A stretch of DNA of 64,000 nucleotides from Cyanophora paradoxa CCMP329 (taxonomy: Eukaryota; Plantae; Glaucophyta). The DNA lies in contig QPMI01000200.1 of the NCBI GenBank assembly GCA_004431415.1, positions 1 through 64,000 of the forward strand, given 5' to 3'. This document shows positions 33,814-47,686 of this stretch, in pieces (position 1 is the first letter of the stretch; each line of letters starts with the position of its first letter). The position numbers were made by a program, and so were the translations under genes. The notes below the pieces were generated by a model. That model saw only the letters and a program-made list of their open reading frames with translations, searched no databases and had not been told where the DNA came from.

Positions 33814-36800
33814 CTAGGCTGAAGATGGGGCGGTGTTGGAGCCAATGACGCGGCTAGCATCAAGCTTCCGCCGTACAGGATTGAGGCGATAGCACTCGAT
33901 GATATCACCATTCTGTACAGAGGCTGTTAAAGAATGCATTTCAGTGGCAGGGGAGGGGCCTCAGACCTCCCAGGCAGTGAACTTGATGGTGGACATGCCG
34001 CACTCGAGACCCGTGTTGACCTCCTTGACATCATCCTAAGCACATGTGTCATGTGTGCGTGAGAGAGATGAGGGAAAAAACAGCGCACAGCCATGCGCTT
34101 TAGCGATTCCACAATGCCCTCGAAGACAACCTGCGCATGCATTAAGTGCCGCTGTGGAAAACTGCCCCTGGTGCAGCACCTTATCGTTGCGCAAAGTGCG
34201 GAAGTTCGCATTCCGTACAAGTTTGCCCTCCCGAACGAAGAGCCCAGCAATGACGCCCTTCGTGCCAAGCGGGAAGGTCGCCCGGACCTGCTGCGGTTCA
34301 AGACGTGGCAGCACAAAACACGGACAGGCGTGATGGCGTGCCTCGGCTTCTCCGACGTGCTCCTCAACATACTCGGGCTCGAGCATTCCCTCCATCGCTG
34401 CCTCGACTTCTTCCAGCAGCTGCGCTCGACCGCTCGTCCCAGTGCAACATGCGTATTCCGGACAGCAGACCTTGTAAATAATGGAGTACTCCCGGATGTC
34501 CACGTTAAGGCGCTCAGCCGCCTCGCGGGCATCGTTTCCGGTTGCCGCGTTGAACCCAATGATGACCGCCTCTGAAGCGCCAGCAAGGTCGACATCCGCC
34601 TTTGAGATCTGTCGCTCGGCTTCGCCATATGGTGCGCGAGGGAAGGGGAAGGGGGGGGGGGGGGGGGGGGGGGGGGGCGGGCCTGGCCGACGCCGGAGTA
34701 GATGAGGCGGAGGGAAACCTCATTTTGCGGAAGCTGAGAAAGGGAATGGGTGATAGCCTCGAGGGAGCCCTGCACATCCGTCTTAAGGATCAAATTCAGG
34801 TTCTTCAACTCCCCACTCTTCATGCGCTGTGCCATTCCGCTGAGGCTCATCCTGAAAAGCCACTGTCAGGCCACGCACGGTTGGTTCGAAATGGGAGCAA
34901 CGGACCTCTGGGCGAGAGCCATCTTCCGCTCCTTCTCCTCCTCGGCACGTCCCTCTGCCATCATTCGAGCCTCTTTCTCCGATGCAACAACCTGCAGTTC
35001 TCCGTGTCGGCATCACAGTAGTGGGCGAAACCTCCACCCTCTTCACCTCGAATTCCTCGCCAGCATTGGGAACGCCGTTCATGCCCCAGATCTCGACGGC
35101 AGAAGAGGGGCCCGCCGACTCGAGCCTCGCGCGGCCCTCGCCGATAAGCGCGCGGACCTGTTTGATTTTTAGGGGGCAGAGCTTAGGATAAAGCGTGCCA
35201 GGATCACCTTGCCGTAAATTGAGCCGCAGACGACTAGGTCGCCAACGCGAAGTGTGCCATTCTGCACGAGCAGCGACGCCACGGGACCAAGTTGCCGGTC
35301 GGAACGGGACTCCACGCAGGTACCCTGCGTCCGAGTCGGCCGACGTAGGGGAAAGGTTGTATTTTTTTTTGGGGGGGGGGGGGGGGGGGGAGGGGGTGGC
35401 AGAAAATGGGCAATGCACCTTCGCGGGGCGGTCAGGGTTGGCGTAGAGGTCTTCGACATCGGTGAGCAGGACTATCAATTCCAGCAGCTGGAAGACGACT
35501 CAGGCTATTGGATTGGGAACCGGACTCGCAAAGCCTTCCCACCTGGTCGATGCCCTCGCCCTTGAGAGCGGAGATTGGCACCATAGTCGTGTTGCCACCC
35601 CAATCCTCCGCGAGAAGATTGTACTCGCTGAGCTCTTGCTTGACACGGTCCAGGTTTGCTCCCTCCTTATCAATCTTGTTGATCGCCACGACGATGGGAA
35701 CACCAGCTGCCTGGAGAGAAATCAGGGACGCGAGCTCGCGGAATAGGTGGAGTCGAAGAGATGAACCTGTGCGTGCTTGAGGGCCTCAATCGTCTGCGGC
35801 CGTACGCCATCGTCCGCCGCGACGACCAAGATCGCCACGTCCGTCACCTGCTCCACGTTTAGTCTGCCGCGATTCCCCCTCGCTTCGACGTGTACTCCAT
35901 GGGCCGCACCTTGGCGCCGCGAGAACGCATAGCAGTGAAAGCCTCGTGGCCTGGGGTGTCGAGGAAAACTATCTGCTTCTCCTCCCCGCCGACAGTGACA
36001 TCCACTTGATACGCAGAGACGCCCTGTGTAATGCCGCCGGCCTCGCCCGCCGCAACCTTGGTCTTCCGAATGGCGTCCAGCAGTGTGGTCTTGCCGTGAT
36101 CGACATGCCCCATGACAGTTACGATTGGCGGCCGCCTCACCAGATTGTCCAGATCGCTAAAAAGGGTGTGTGAGCCCGACTGTGCGATACAACGGGCCTG
36201 ACCGTCGCACCTGTCATCGAGCATGGCCTCGTTCGCCTTGCCCAAAACAGCGGCCTCCTCCTCCTCAGGCTCCTCAACGGGAATCTGCGAGTGAGGTGTT
36301 AGGACACCCCTCGTTCCACGAAAACTAGCGACGGGAAAGAAAAAAAGAACCTCCAGGTCAGCAGCAACAGACTTGATGGTGTCGATGTCCATCGGCTGGT
36401 TCATCGAAACTCGCAGGCCCCGGAGCACCAGCTTTTTGATGATGTCCGTGACGGGGATCTGCGCAGAATTCTTAGGAAAGAAAACGGATCAGAAGCCACC
36501 GGAGAGGATCACCCCCATTGTATTGGCGAACTCCATCGGAGTCATCGAGCCTGAAATAACGAGCTTATCGGGCCGCTCGGGCTCCGCCTGCCTCTCCAGC
36601 CGACGCTCCCGCTTGGACAGCTGCCGCTTCTCGGACTTTGCTTTCGGCGCGGCCAGCTTCGCCGGCTTGGGTCCCGAGGGCTTCGGAGGGGCAACGCGAG
36701 CGAGAGCTGCTGCCGCGGACATCACAGCTGGCGCCTGGGTGATGCGGACGGGGGCCAAAGCGGAGAGAACACTGGCGTCTTCCTCCTCCTCGTCCAGCAG

Positions 36801-37511
36801 CACATCCTCGTCGTCGTCCTGAACTCGGATCTTCTTTACGGCGTTCTTCTTCTTGTTCAGAGCAGCGCGCGCCAGCTCGGCCTCCTCCTCGTCGTCCTCG
36901 CGCTTCTTGAAGTTCTTCTTGTCGCGAGAACGGGACGGGCCGTCCTTGGGGGGGAAAGGCTCCGCGCCGATCGCGGCAGCCTTCGAGTCAGCGGCTTTCG
37001 ACGCCGCACGCATGCCCGGCGGTCTCACGACTCGCCAGCGCTCCAGGAACAAGGCCCGCGGGCCGGAGTCCCGATCGCGGCTCTGGCCGCTCTTGCCGTT
37101 CGCACTTCCGCTGCTCTGCTCGCGAACCTGAAACGCCTCGACGGCATCCATCGCCTCCAGCCCCAGCACCTCGCCATCGGCTGCGTCGCCGCTGGCCGAT
37201 ATTTCGAAGGCGGGCGTGCGGGCGCACGCCTGCTTAGCGCTGGAGCTGCCGATCGAGACGCCTAGGAAGCTCGAGCGCAACGCGAAGCTAGAAGACTCCG
37301 CGAGGCGGCCGCCGAAGTGCGTTCGCCGGGAGTCCACATATGGCGACCGGCCGGGCTCGGAACCGCGAAGGAGCGCGTGGCTGCTGGCTATCGGGCGCGC
37401 GGCGTTAATATCTCCCCGTTGGACGCCCGCGCAAGGGGTGACGCCGGTGCAGATTGGCACCACGTAGGCCGTCGCATCGCTGCGGCTACCGCTTCCGGGC
37501 GCCCGCTGCAT
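33814..37511 (-). CDS. infB: Translation initiation factor IF-2, plastid-type, multi-exon
   Basis: [77 protein letters not shown]. Long Ser/Ala/Arg-rich N-terminal extension. Confidence 0.93.
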
Positions 37512-37649
37512 GATCGCGCCACAGACGAGAAGTAAGGCCGCTGCTCGCGCGGCTCTGTCAAGTTTGTGATTTGCGCGGGGTACGACGTGTGGTGCTTATC
37601 ACGGGGTACGTCGTTCGTCGGCACCTTGGGCGCGGAGGCCGGCGCGAAG

Positions 37650-40600
37650 ATGTCGAAGGTGAGCTCGCGCTCTTCGTCGCTGGCCGAACGTTACAGTCGC
37701 GCCTCGTCTCGCCCTGGACGCCGTGTCGCCGCGCGTCCCATCTCACGCCGCCCTGCAGTTCTTCGCCGCTGGCAGCAGCTCCGAGAGCGAGAGCGAGAGC
37801 TCTGAGGAGGAGGTTCAGGTGAAGCAGCAGAAGACGACAGCCGGATCGCGCTTCCTTCGCGACGAATCAAGCAGCGATGAGGAGCACGTTAAGCGCGTCG
37901 TCCGGAGCGCGAAAGATAAGCGCTTCGATGCGATGACCAGCGTGATCAAGTCCATGCGCAACCATATCAAGATCAACGACTGGAATGCCATCGCGAACGG
38001 TGAGTGGGCCGCCCTCCCGTCCTCGGTCGCCGCATCGTCGTCGATCGTGCTGCGGGCGCGTCATTCGAGCGCTATCTAGCACTCTACAGCGAGCGCGCTG
38101 CGCGCGCCGCGCAGCTCCCGCGGCGCCGTCCTGATCATACTCCGCACCACGCCCCGCCGCAGACTTCGACGAGCTCAACAAACAACTCGCGAAAGCAAAC
38201 CAGATTACGGCAAAGGAGGGCATCCCGCGCTTCTACATCAAAGCGCTGGTGACGCTCGAAGATTTCATCAAGGCGACCTCCGAGAATGCCGACGCGAAGA
38301 AGAAAATGAGCCCAACGAACGCCAAGTCGTTCAACACGATGAAGCAAAAACTCAAGAAGCACAACAAGCCGTACGAGGCGGACATCGAGAAGTACCGTGC
38401 GGTGCGCTCCACCGCTCCTGTGGGGTTGAATCGCTTTGTATGACGCTCTTTCATCCCAAGAACCCCGACAAGGATGAGAGCGAGTCCGAGAGCGATTCGG
38501 ACAGCGAGGAGGAGAGCGAGAAGAGCGAGAGCGAGGAGAGCGAGAAGAGCGACAAGTCTGACAAGAGCGACTCGGAAAGCAGCTCATCCGAAGAGCCCGC
38601 CCCGAAGCCAGCCGAGAAGAAGGGCATCTCCAAGTGGCTGAAGAAGCCCGCGGCCGAGAAGTCGTCTTCTGTAAGCCATGGAGACGCTTCTCTGCGCATG
38701 CGTTCTCACTTTCTCTCAGTCGGAAAGCGACGACGACTGGTCGGGCTCGGACGAGGAGAGTGACGAGGATGAGGAGGGTCAGCAGGTCAGTAAGGCGAGT
38801 CGGTGGTACGTAAGACTCCAGCTGTGCACATCCGTTACGGTTATAGCTGCTCCGCAGGCTGAAGAAGGCGGACAGTGACGACGAGCGGGGTAAGAAGGGG
38901 AAGAAGGACAAGAAGGACAAGAAGAAGGTCGAGAAGAAACCGGCGAAGAAAGTCCTCTCGGATGCCGAGGGCGACGAGCTCGATGATGACGGCTTTGAGA
39001 AAGCATGCCCCAGTTCTTGCCCTGATTCCGTTCGCTCGCCCTGATTGTCGCATTCAGGTTGGAGGCCCTCCGAAGAAGCCGCAGCTCAAGGCCGAGGAAC
39101 TCACCCCGGAGGCGATCGACAAGCGCCTTAAGGAGATCGTGGCCAATCGTGGCAAGAAGGTACGGAAATTTTGAATCCTGGCCTCGCCGAATCCGTTGCT
39201 GAGAGCTTTTTTTGTCTAGGGCACGGATCGCTACGGGCAGATTGAGGAGCTCAAGGTCTTGGTGCAAGCAGCGAAGGGCCCAGTGAAGCAGTTGGAGGTT
39301 CTGGTCCATCTGGTCGCCTCGCACTTTGATGCCATGCCAATTCTCGCGACTTTCCTTCCCATTCCGCTGTGGAAAGGTTGCTACAAGTTCATCATTGCGA
39401 TGCTGGACCTCCTGGAGGCGAACCCCCAGGTTACCCTTCACGACGAGCACCAGGTCGTCGCGGCGCAGACCTCAGTCTTCGACGAGGAGGATGTTGAGAG
39501 GGTCCGCATCGCCAAACCCCTATGCTTGCAATCACGTTGTCATGCGCTGGATAGGGCGCGGGCGACGGTGATGAGGGCGAGCCCGCTAAGGTTGCTGGCA
39601 ACCTGCTCGCTTTCCTGGAACGGTGCCGCATTCAATGCCTTTGTCGCAAGGTGGGGCTGAATGCTCGGCAGGCTGGATGACGAGATGTTCCGAAGCTTGC
39701 AATTCATCGAGTCCCACACTCAAGACTACATCCAGCGGCTTGTAGACGAGCCTTCCCTCATGGCTCTTGCGGAGCGTGTGCAGCGCTACTACGAGCGTAT
39801 TGGAAATCTCGGCGCTGCTTCGCGTATCGCGGCTCGTCGCATTGAGCATCTGTACTTCAAATTGGTCCGTGATGACAAGGCGAACCCCGTGGATGAGAAG
39901 GACGAGATCAACGCGCCCGTTCTTGCGGCCGTCACGGCATCTGCGGAAGCGAACGCTGTCGTTGCGCGTCTGGCCAAGGTTCGCACCTTGCATTGTGCTT
40001 TCCCGTGCATCTCGAGCTGAGGACATCTTGCAGCTTGTGTATGAGCATGGTGACGAGCGCATCCGCACCCGCACGGTTCGGCCCTTCAATTTTTCTCCTA
40101 TGCACATTCGTCAAGTTTATACGTAGAGCAGATCCTGTGTCACACGTACCATCACGCGCTGCACAATCGCTACACAGAGGCTCGCGACATGCTCCTGATG
40201 TCTCACCTGCAGGCATGCCTGTGCTCCTCGTTCGGTGACTAAACGTTGCTGATCTTTCTCTCCTGTGCAGGACTCCATTCAGCACCAGGACATCTCCACT
40301 CAGATCCTCTTCAATCGCATGATGGTTCAGGTATATATACCTTCATCAATTCAGGAGTTTCCGCTCTTGAAATCCTTCGCAGCTCGGTATGTGCGCTTTC
40401 CGCCATGGCCTGGTGTGGGAGGCGCACTCGGCGTTGGCGGATATCTGCTCCTCTGGCCGCGTGAAGGAGCTGCTCGCCCAGGGATTCACCACGTCGCGCT
40501 ACGATAAGAACCCTGAGCAAGAGAAGGCAGAGCGCAAGCGGCAGATGCCTTATCACATGTGCCTTCCGAATAACCGATCCATAAAGACGGTCTTATTCAC

Positions 40601-41922
40601 CGTGAGCGCAGGCACATCAATCTCGACCTGCTGGAGTGCTTCCATCTCACGTGTGCCATGCTCCTCGAGGTGCCCGCCATGGCAGCATCTCCATACGACA
40701 CCAAGCGCAAGGTGCTTCCGGTTGATTTCAGCTCCTACGCTCAAGCTTGCCATCGCTTACACGAATTGCAGGTCATCTCCAAGGCTCTCCGCCGTGTTCT
40801 GGATGCCGCCGAGAAGAATGGCAACGCTGGGCCTCCTGAAAACATTCGCGACCACATCGTTGCTGCGACCCGCGCGCTCGGCAAGGGGGACTGGAAGAAG
40901 TGCTACGAGCTCATCACGAAACTGCCGATTTGGCGCCTGGTGCAGAACGCAGACACAGTGAAGGCGAACCTTCTGCGCCGCATCCAAGAGGAGGGTCTGC
41001 GGACATACCTGCTCACCTATGGGCGGTTTTACGATGCGCTCTCGCTGGAGCCCCTGGCGGCGATGTTTGAGCTTCCGGAGGCCAGCGTTCACGCACTTCT
41101 CTCGAAGATGATGATCAACGAGGAGCTGAACGCGAGCCACGAGCAGCCCACCCACGCAGTTCTCATGCACCGAGTCGAGCCGTCTCGCATGCAGTTCCTT
41201 GCCCTCCAATTCGCTGACAAGGCCTCTGTTGTCGTTGAGAACAATGAGCGCCTTGTCCAACCCGGCGGCTTCGCTGGCAAATACGACCGTGAGGGCGGCC
41301 GTGACGGCAAGGCTCAAGGGGGCAAGGGCGAGTACCGCGACCGTCAGGTGCGCGCATTTGTGGATGCTCAGTTTGTATGGATCGTCTGATGCATTGGCAG
41401 GATCGGGACCGTGGTGATCGTGGAAACTTCCGTGGTCGTGGCGGTTGGCGTGGTGGAGGTTCGTTTTTGTTACCTCGGAAGCTGCTGCATCGGCACTTAT
41501 CATTGTCTCTCGAAGATCGCGAGGGTGGCTACAGGGACCGTGGGGTGAGACGCTTTGCATCCCTGCATATTTTCTTGCCCTTCTAACCCTCTTGGCAGCA
41601 GCAGTGGGGCGACCGTGACCGTGACCGCGACCGCGAGAACTACGGCAACTTTGGAGCGCGGAGGCAGGGTGGTGGCTTTGGTGGCAACAACCCTGGGAAC
41701 TTCCAAGGTGGTGCTGGTGGCTATGCACGCTCTGGCGAGCAGCGACCCGGTCGTATGGGTTACGGCACTGCGACCTTTGGTGGCCGCTATGGCTTCGCTG
41801 CTGGCGCTGCGTCTCGGGCCACGGACTTCGGTGCAGCCCGTCGCACCACCACCGGTGCTGCTGCTCGCGGCGGGCGCGCCGCTGCACCTCCCGCTTCCCG
41901 CGGTGTGTGGGGTCAGGGTTAG
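37650..41922 (+). CDS. EIF3C: Eukaryotic translation initiation factor 3 subunit C, multi-exon
   Basis: [62 protein letters not shown] domain GPPENIRDH...[13 protein letters not shown]-rich tail. Confidence 0.95.
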
Positions 41923-42699
41923 TCATCCCGTAAGATCTACAGACTTTCCCCACTGTATCCCAATCTTATTCAACCTGCCCTGTTGTGTGCCTTTAATTCA
42001 CGAATCGAAATTAAAGCACTGTGAAGCTTAGTTCACATGAATTCAGAATCGAATTTAAATTAGAGCACCTTAAAGTGCCAGTCAGGAGCGAGGGAGAGGC
42101 CTCATTCCTCAAGAGCGAGGGACAGGCCTACAGCTACTGATGGGGCACATTGGCCAGCTGAGCCAGCTGTAATGATGCACTCCGTAAAATTGCACATTGG
42201 ATGCACTGACAAACTTTTGAAACATCCAATTCCGCTCACCTAGGCCTAGGCACCTTGGGCCATGATTTCAAATTTATGATTCAATGATTGTATCGTACTA
42301 CGGTAGACTCTGGGACGGCAAGCACACTTCGGATCGGAGCTCTGGCATGGTTCCGAAGTTCTGCAGGCCATGGGCCATTGCCGAGTCACTGAGTCGCCGC
42401 ATGCGTGAGCAGGGCCGGGCCGGGTGGACGTCCTTCTGTGTCGCCCGTAATGTGCATTGCGCTCAGCGGCTAGGAATCATCAGCACCCTATCCTATGATC
42501 AGAGAATTGACTCCGAGGCTCAGTGAATTGATATCGCGATCGATATCAGAGACACAATTGCAAGAGCACATCATATGGCATTGCCAAGTTGTCTACTAGG
42601 CTAAGTCTCGGAGACTCCGAGAAAAAAACCTATATATATATAGCTATAGCTAGCCTTTTCAGATTGAGCAGAGCGCACTGATATGATCAATTTGATCAC

Positions 42700-43230
42700 A
42701 GTGATCAAGCTCATGATCACCTTGAATTTTTGACCCCGAGGCTCAGTGAGGGCCCCCGGCCCCAGGCTATTGCCAAGCCTTGAAGTTACCAACGGCGAAA
42801 CGCAGCAGGAGACGGCCGCGGCCGCTCATGCAGTGCCACGGTGATCAACTTGATCAAGCTCATGATCACCTTAATTTTTGACCGTCGGACTCCGAGGCTC
42901 AGTGAGGGCCCCCGCGGCCCGGCCCCGGGCTATTGCCAAGCCTTGAAGTTGCCAACGACGACACGCAGCAGGAGACGGCCGCGGCCGCTCATGCAGTGAT
43001 CAACTTGATCAAGCTCATGATCACCTTAATTTTTGACCGTCGGACTCCGAGGCTCAGTGAGGGCCCCCGCGGCCCGGCCCCGGGCCATTGCCAAGCCTTG
43101 AAGTTGCCAACGACGACACGCAGCAGGAGACGGCCGCGGCCGCTCATGCACTGATCAACTTGATCAATTGCAAGCTCATGATCACCTTAATTTTTGACCC
43201 CGAGGCTCAGTGAGGGCCCCCGGCCCCGGG
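42700..43230. repeat. Tandem repeat, unit about 150 bp, about 3.5 copies
   Basis: Unit tgatcaagctcatgatcacctt..tttttgac..ccgaggctcagtgagggcccc..attgccaagccttgaagtt..gcagcaggagacggccgcggccgctcatgca starts at about 42702, 42851, 43006 and 43161. Confidence 0.92.
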
Positions 43231-43557
43231 CGAAATCGCCTTCCCGCTCTGGTCGCTGCAGAGCTTTGAACGGCCCCGGACCACGGCGCTTGTTGTCCGA
43301 CGGTCAAGCACATCCTCGATGCTGATTGCCTTGTCGATGAGGTTGCGGTACTGTCGATCAAGCTTGTACCAGAGAACCGTTGAACTGCAGCTGACTTGAC
43401 TCGCCGGTGCAAGTCCGCAAGCTTGCTTTCGCTTGCGCCCACGATCTCCTTGAAACGATCATCTCGTGCGCCTGCGCGCGGTCGATACTGTTCTGGGAGC
43501 CTTGCCACAATTTTGTTCACGAAAACCTGCAATCCGATGATCGTGAGTTTTGATTCA
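43231..43557 (-). pseudogene. Captured exon fragment of the LMBR1-domain gene (56096-56397) with three 8-bp insertions
   Basis: Colinear with 56096-56397 except for three 8-bp insertions, one substitution and one extra T (by eye). Confidence 0.95.
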
Positions 43558-43905
43558 TTCCGGACCCCGGGGGCCCGCGCAGTGTCAGCTGGCCCAGTGG
43601 CGGCCCAGCTGGCCAGTACTAGTGTGGATCATGCCATGATGAAGAGAGCGCTGGAAATTAAACGAATCGAAGAATTTCAGTTACAAAATCATTGAATCTT
43701 CTCGAGGAAACAAGCCTACGCGTACGCATCCATGCTTGAAAGTGCTTCAAGTACATGCGCATGGCCATATATATGCATGGGCGGCTGCAGCTGCAGCTGC
43801 CGCAGCTGCAGTGCGTCTGACATCGCATTTTTTTCTGACCCCATTTCTCCCCCCCGCCTCTCCGATTTAAAAAAGCGAGCGAGGAATCGCCGAGGATCCC
43901 GGAGG

Positions 43906-46900
43906 ATGGCGCACCCCGATGAAGACGCGCTCGGGGGGTTGTGGGAGGCAGTGCGCACCGTGGCGAGAGCGCAAGCGCTTGAGCTGACTGCCCGTAGGCC
44001 GAGAACTTCTTGCACGATGATCCCGTCTTCGAAGAGACCCGCACGCCGGGTCATCTCTCTCAGCGCTTCGCCGAAGCTAGCGAAATTCGCTTCCTGTCGG
44101 AGACTAAGGAGAACGAGGCGCGCAACGCGAAGCGCAGCCTCCACATTCTCCGGCCCGCGTCGGAGCTGGATCCGTCCGGCTTCGGCGCTGTGTCCGTGAA
44201 AAAGGAGAGCGGCGCGAAGCCAGCCGTACAGGACCACGTGGAGCACCACTCGGGCATCAAAGTCAAGTGCGCCCTGCTATGCCCAAGTGGCATCGCAACG
44301 CACTGCGCGCTCGGCCTTTCATAGCGCGGCAGGAATCGCGTTCTGTCCTCTTTGCAGATGGACCAGGTGATGCAGGGGCGGCGCCTCGTTCCCCTGCGGT
44401 CCGTCCGATCGGCGGGAACTGGCGGGGACTGGGTTGTCATTGGAGGTTCGTCGTTGATCTGACATCGATAGTCTTTGATCTGCAAGGCTGACTCAGCCAA
44501 GTCGTGGGGGAGAAAGGGGACGCCCGCGAGTCCTCCAATGGAAAGAACTTTGTTATCTGGAAGGTGTCAGGCCGTCAGCCGCTTCCTTCGCGCTGCAGCA
44601 CCAAGGGCTAACAACCCCGCGCTGACAGCTGTACGACCTGTCCGGCACAGCCGTGTCCGTTTTTCTTTTCGGCCGCGCCTACACGGAGCACTGGAAAGAG
44701 GCGTGCTTCACGCATCTTTCTGGTCAGGAAATTCTTTGTGGGTTAACCGAGGTTCGGCCACAGACTGAAGGCTCCCTTGTCGCCATACTCAACCCAAAAA
44801 TCATGGAGAGCCGCGAGAGAAGCGGGGTGGCGTTGAGTGTGTACGAAGGTTCTCAAATTGCACGGATTGGCTTCGTGCGTGGCTGAAATGGAACACTTCT
44901 GCGAGTTGCTGATGGCCGGTGGCAGTCAGCGCAGTTCGGAAAGTGCCGTGGGGTGCGAAAGGACGGGCACCCGTGCAAGGCTGTGGTGAACCGTGACCAG
45001 GGGGATTTTTGCGAGTACCACGTTGCTGGCGAATTTCGCCGCCTTCACACTTCCCGTATGGAGCTCAATGGGCATGCTTTGTCCATGCGCCCGCAGATAC
45101 CACTCCTCTGAACGGCCACGCAGTGTTCGGCCAGCTCCTGGCCGGGCCCAGCCGCAGTCTTTCAAAGACAAGTCGCGCGGAACATTTGTTGTTGATGGTC
45201 TGCACTCCCCTGCTGCTCGTGCACCAACCCTTCTTAAAGGTCATTGGCAGGCGTTACGTACACGTCACAGAAGAGAACGGTACATGTGACACCACCTGCG
45301 CTTTTGGGTGGTTAACGGGCCGCAGGTGATGGGCCCTGACGGCAAAACAACAACGAAGGACACTCTGATGTCCACCATCCGGTGCCTTCTCCGTCTCCTC
45401 GCAGTCTCGCATTCTCGTGACACGGCTGGAAGGAAGGAGATGATCAAAGGAGGCACAGTCGGAAAGCTGTACGTGCAGCGTGTGCAGGACGGCTTGCGAG
45501 GGCCCCTCAAAGCAAGCGACGTCACACCCGCACCCATGCCCGAACCTGCCAACTTTGATATCGGCCCAAGCTCTAGACTATCCCGGGCACCTACATCCGT
45601 TGCTCCTGCCTCTGCTTCGGCGCCCAGCAACCCTGCCCCATCTCGAGCCTCTGCCCCCGCGCCTCGACCCTCTGCTCTCGCCCCTCGGCCCTCTGCCCCC
45701 GCTCCTCGGCCCTCATCCCTTGCTCCTTCTTCCTCTGCCACCCCGCCTCAAGCTCCTTCTTCAGACACGGCAGTTGCCTCGTCCCGACACCCTTCGACAC
45801 CCCTGCATCCACTGCAAGTACAAAGGCGGCTGCCACTAAACAAGCCATCGAGCAGCGTAGGTGCAGGGTCACATCGGTTGGGTATGGCGAATGCGGCCGG
45901 TCACAGTGCAGCGTTGGAAAAAAGTGCAGAAGAGCTTCGGCAGACAGACTTTAGCAAGCTTCTCAGCTCTGGCACCCGGACATACCACTACAGGCCCTCA
46001 AGCGCAGACCTGATGGAGCCGAGGTCCTCCTCAACAACCCGGGGGCCCGCGGATTCGGGTTCGAAATCCTCTGCTTCAAGTCGACCTGCCTCGGGCCCCC
46101 CTTCCACAGCACCGCGAGCTACGCCGGGTTCAGTGTTGACAGGCGAGACACCTCTGCTGGCACGAGATGCTGCAGCTGGCGGGACTGTCGAGATGGATGA
46201 CGACGGGCATGACGCTGGCCCCTTGGTGCTCATCTTTCAATGCCATTCGTGCAAGAAAGAAGCCACTGACAGTAGGGGCAGGCTCGGGCGAAAGCCAAGA
46301 TTAAGCATATGGGTGGAATGCCTGCACCAGAGCAGCAGCTCCGTTCCGCCCGGCCTCGGCCTACAGTTGCGGGGGAGCTGGCCCGTACCAAGAGACCACT
46401 CGAGGCTGCCAAGGGAGAGGAATCAGATGAGTCCATGGTGCGTGGATTTTTTCTACTTAAGGTGTTCTACTAAAGGTTTTCTTTTCTAGAAGTCCCTTTA
46501 GTGGGGTTTCTTCTTTACTAAAGAGCTAGCAGCGGGAGCTCAAGCGACACTTCGGATCAACGGACATCGACAGGGTGCTTGGGGCGAAGAGCCTCAACGC
46601 ACACCTGGCCAAGGCTGTGCGCCTGTAGGGTACAAGGGCGCATTCATTGCCTAACCTGGACTCAGGAGGAGGTGCAACAGCTGGACGCAGGAATGGCGGT
46701 GCTGGAGAAAAAAGACCAACTTGCCCAGGAGATGCAGAAGATTATTTGCATAAAGGCACGTGCTGCCCCTTCCCCTAATCCCTACGATCACCTTACCTTG
46801 CTCATCAGATCAAGGCCTGGCACTGTGAGACGGTGCCCTGTTTGCCTGCACTGCTGCCTTCGTTGACCTTCACACACTTCGTGTCACTGTGTAGTGCGGC

Positions 46901-47311
46901 TACACAAACGAGGCGTACGCGGACTTCTGCAAGCGGCAGAACCATCCCCTGAAAAAAGTGCGGGCCCTTCAAAACATGAACCTTCTGAAAACGTTTTCTC
47001 TGCTCGCATCGTATAAATGGAGGATCCTTGCATGACTGCATGGTGCAGGTGGACGCTGTCAAACGTTTCTTCGATTGCGAAAAGTGCAAGACGAAGAACA
47101 GCAGCCTCAACTCAAGGGCAAGTCCCCCCCCGCAACTTCTCGAGCACAGCATACTGACAAAGAAGTTTGCTAAACCACACAGATAATGAAGGCGCCATGC
47201 AGATTATGCGGACATGAGGCATTCACACGTTCCTCGGCCTACAAGGCGCCGGTCGGCCCCAAGCCAGAAACGTTTTTACCGCGGGGAGAGGAGCGACCCA
47301 GTCTGAAGTAG
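43906..47311 (+). CDS. MCM10: DNA replication factor MCM10, multi-exon
   Basis: OB-fold SSNGKNFVIWKLYDL, VSVFLFGRAYTEHWKE, GSLVAILNPKIM. CCCH finger CRGVRKDGHPC...DFCEYH. C-terminal Zn motifs and ETFLPRGEERPSLK*. Confidence 0.88.
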
Positions 47312-47686
47312 GCCGTCTTTTCGGCGTATGAACTGCACGGCGTGCGGGACCTGCACCGACGCCGTCCAGGTGCCGACCCGACACTGTGCCCCCGCCCGCT
47401 GCTGCGTCTCTCTCTCCCTCTCTGACGAGAGGCCTGGGGCGTCTAGAGCGGACTGGAGATGGAGCACGCGCCCCCGGTCCTGCTAAGGGGGTACTTAAGA
47501 CTTGATCATGAGTCGCCTGCGCGGGTCAACACGCTGTCACTGCGCAAGACGGCAGTCCACAGCTCCGATGTAGGCTAGCAGCTAGCTAGCTGCATCAAAG
47601 TGCGATGCAATCCTACGACACTGGTCCTCTTGGCACTTCCATTTTCAGTCATCCTGTTGAATTCCTCTCCCTGCCGCAGTGCTGGG

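Noticed and set aside
40757-41953. 398-aa antisense ORF over eIF3c, and similar long antisense ORFs
   Set aside because: Shadow ORFs arising from GC-rich codon usage.
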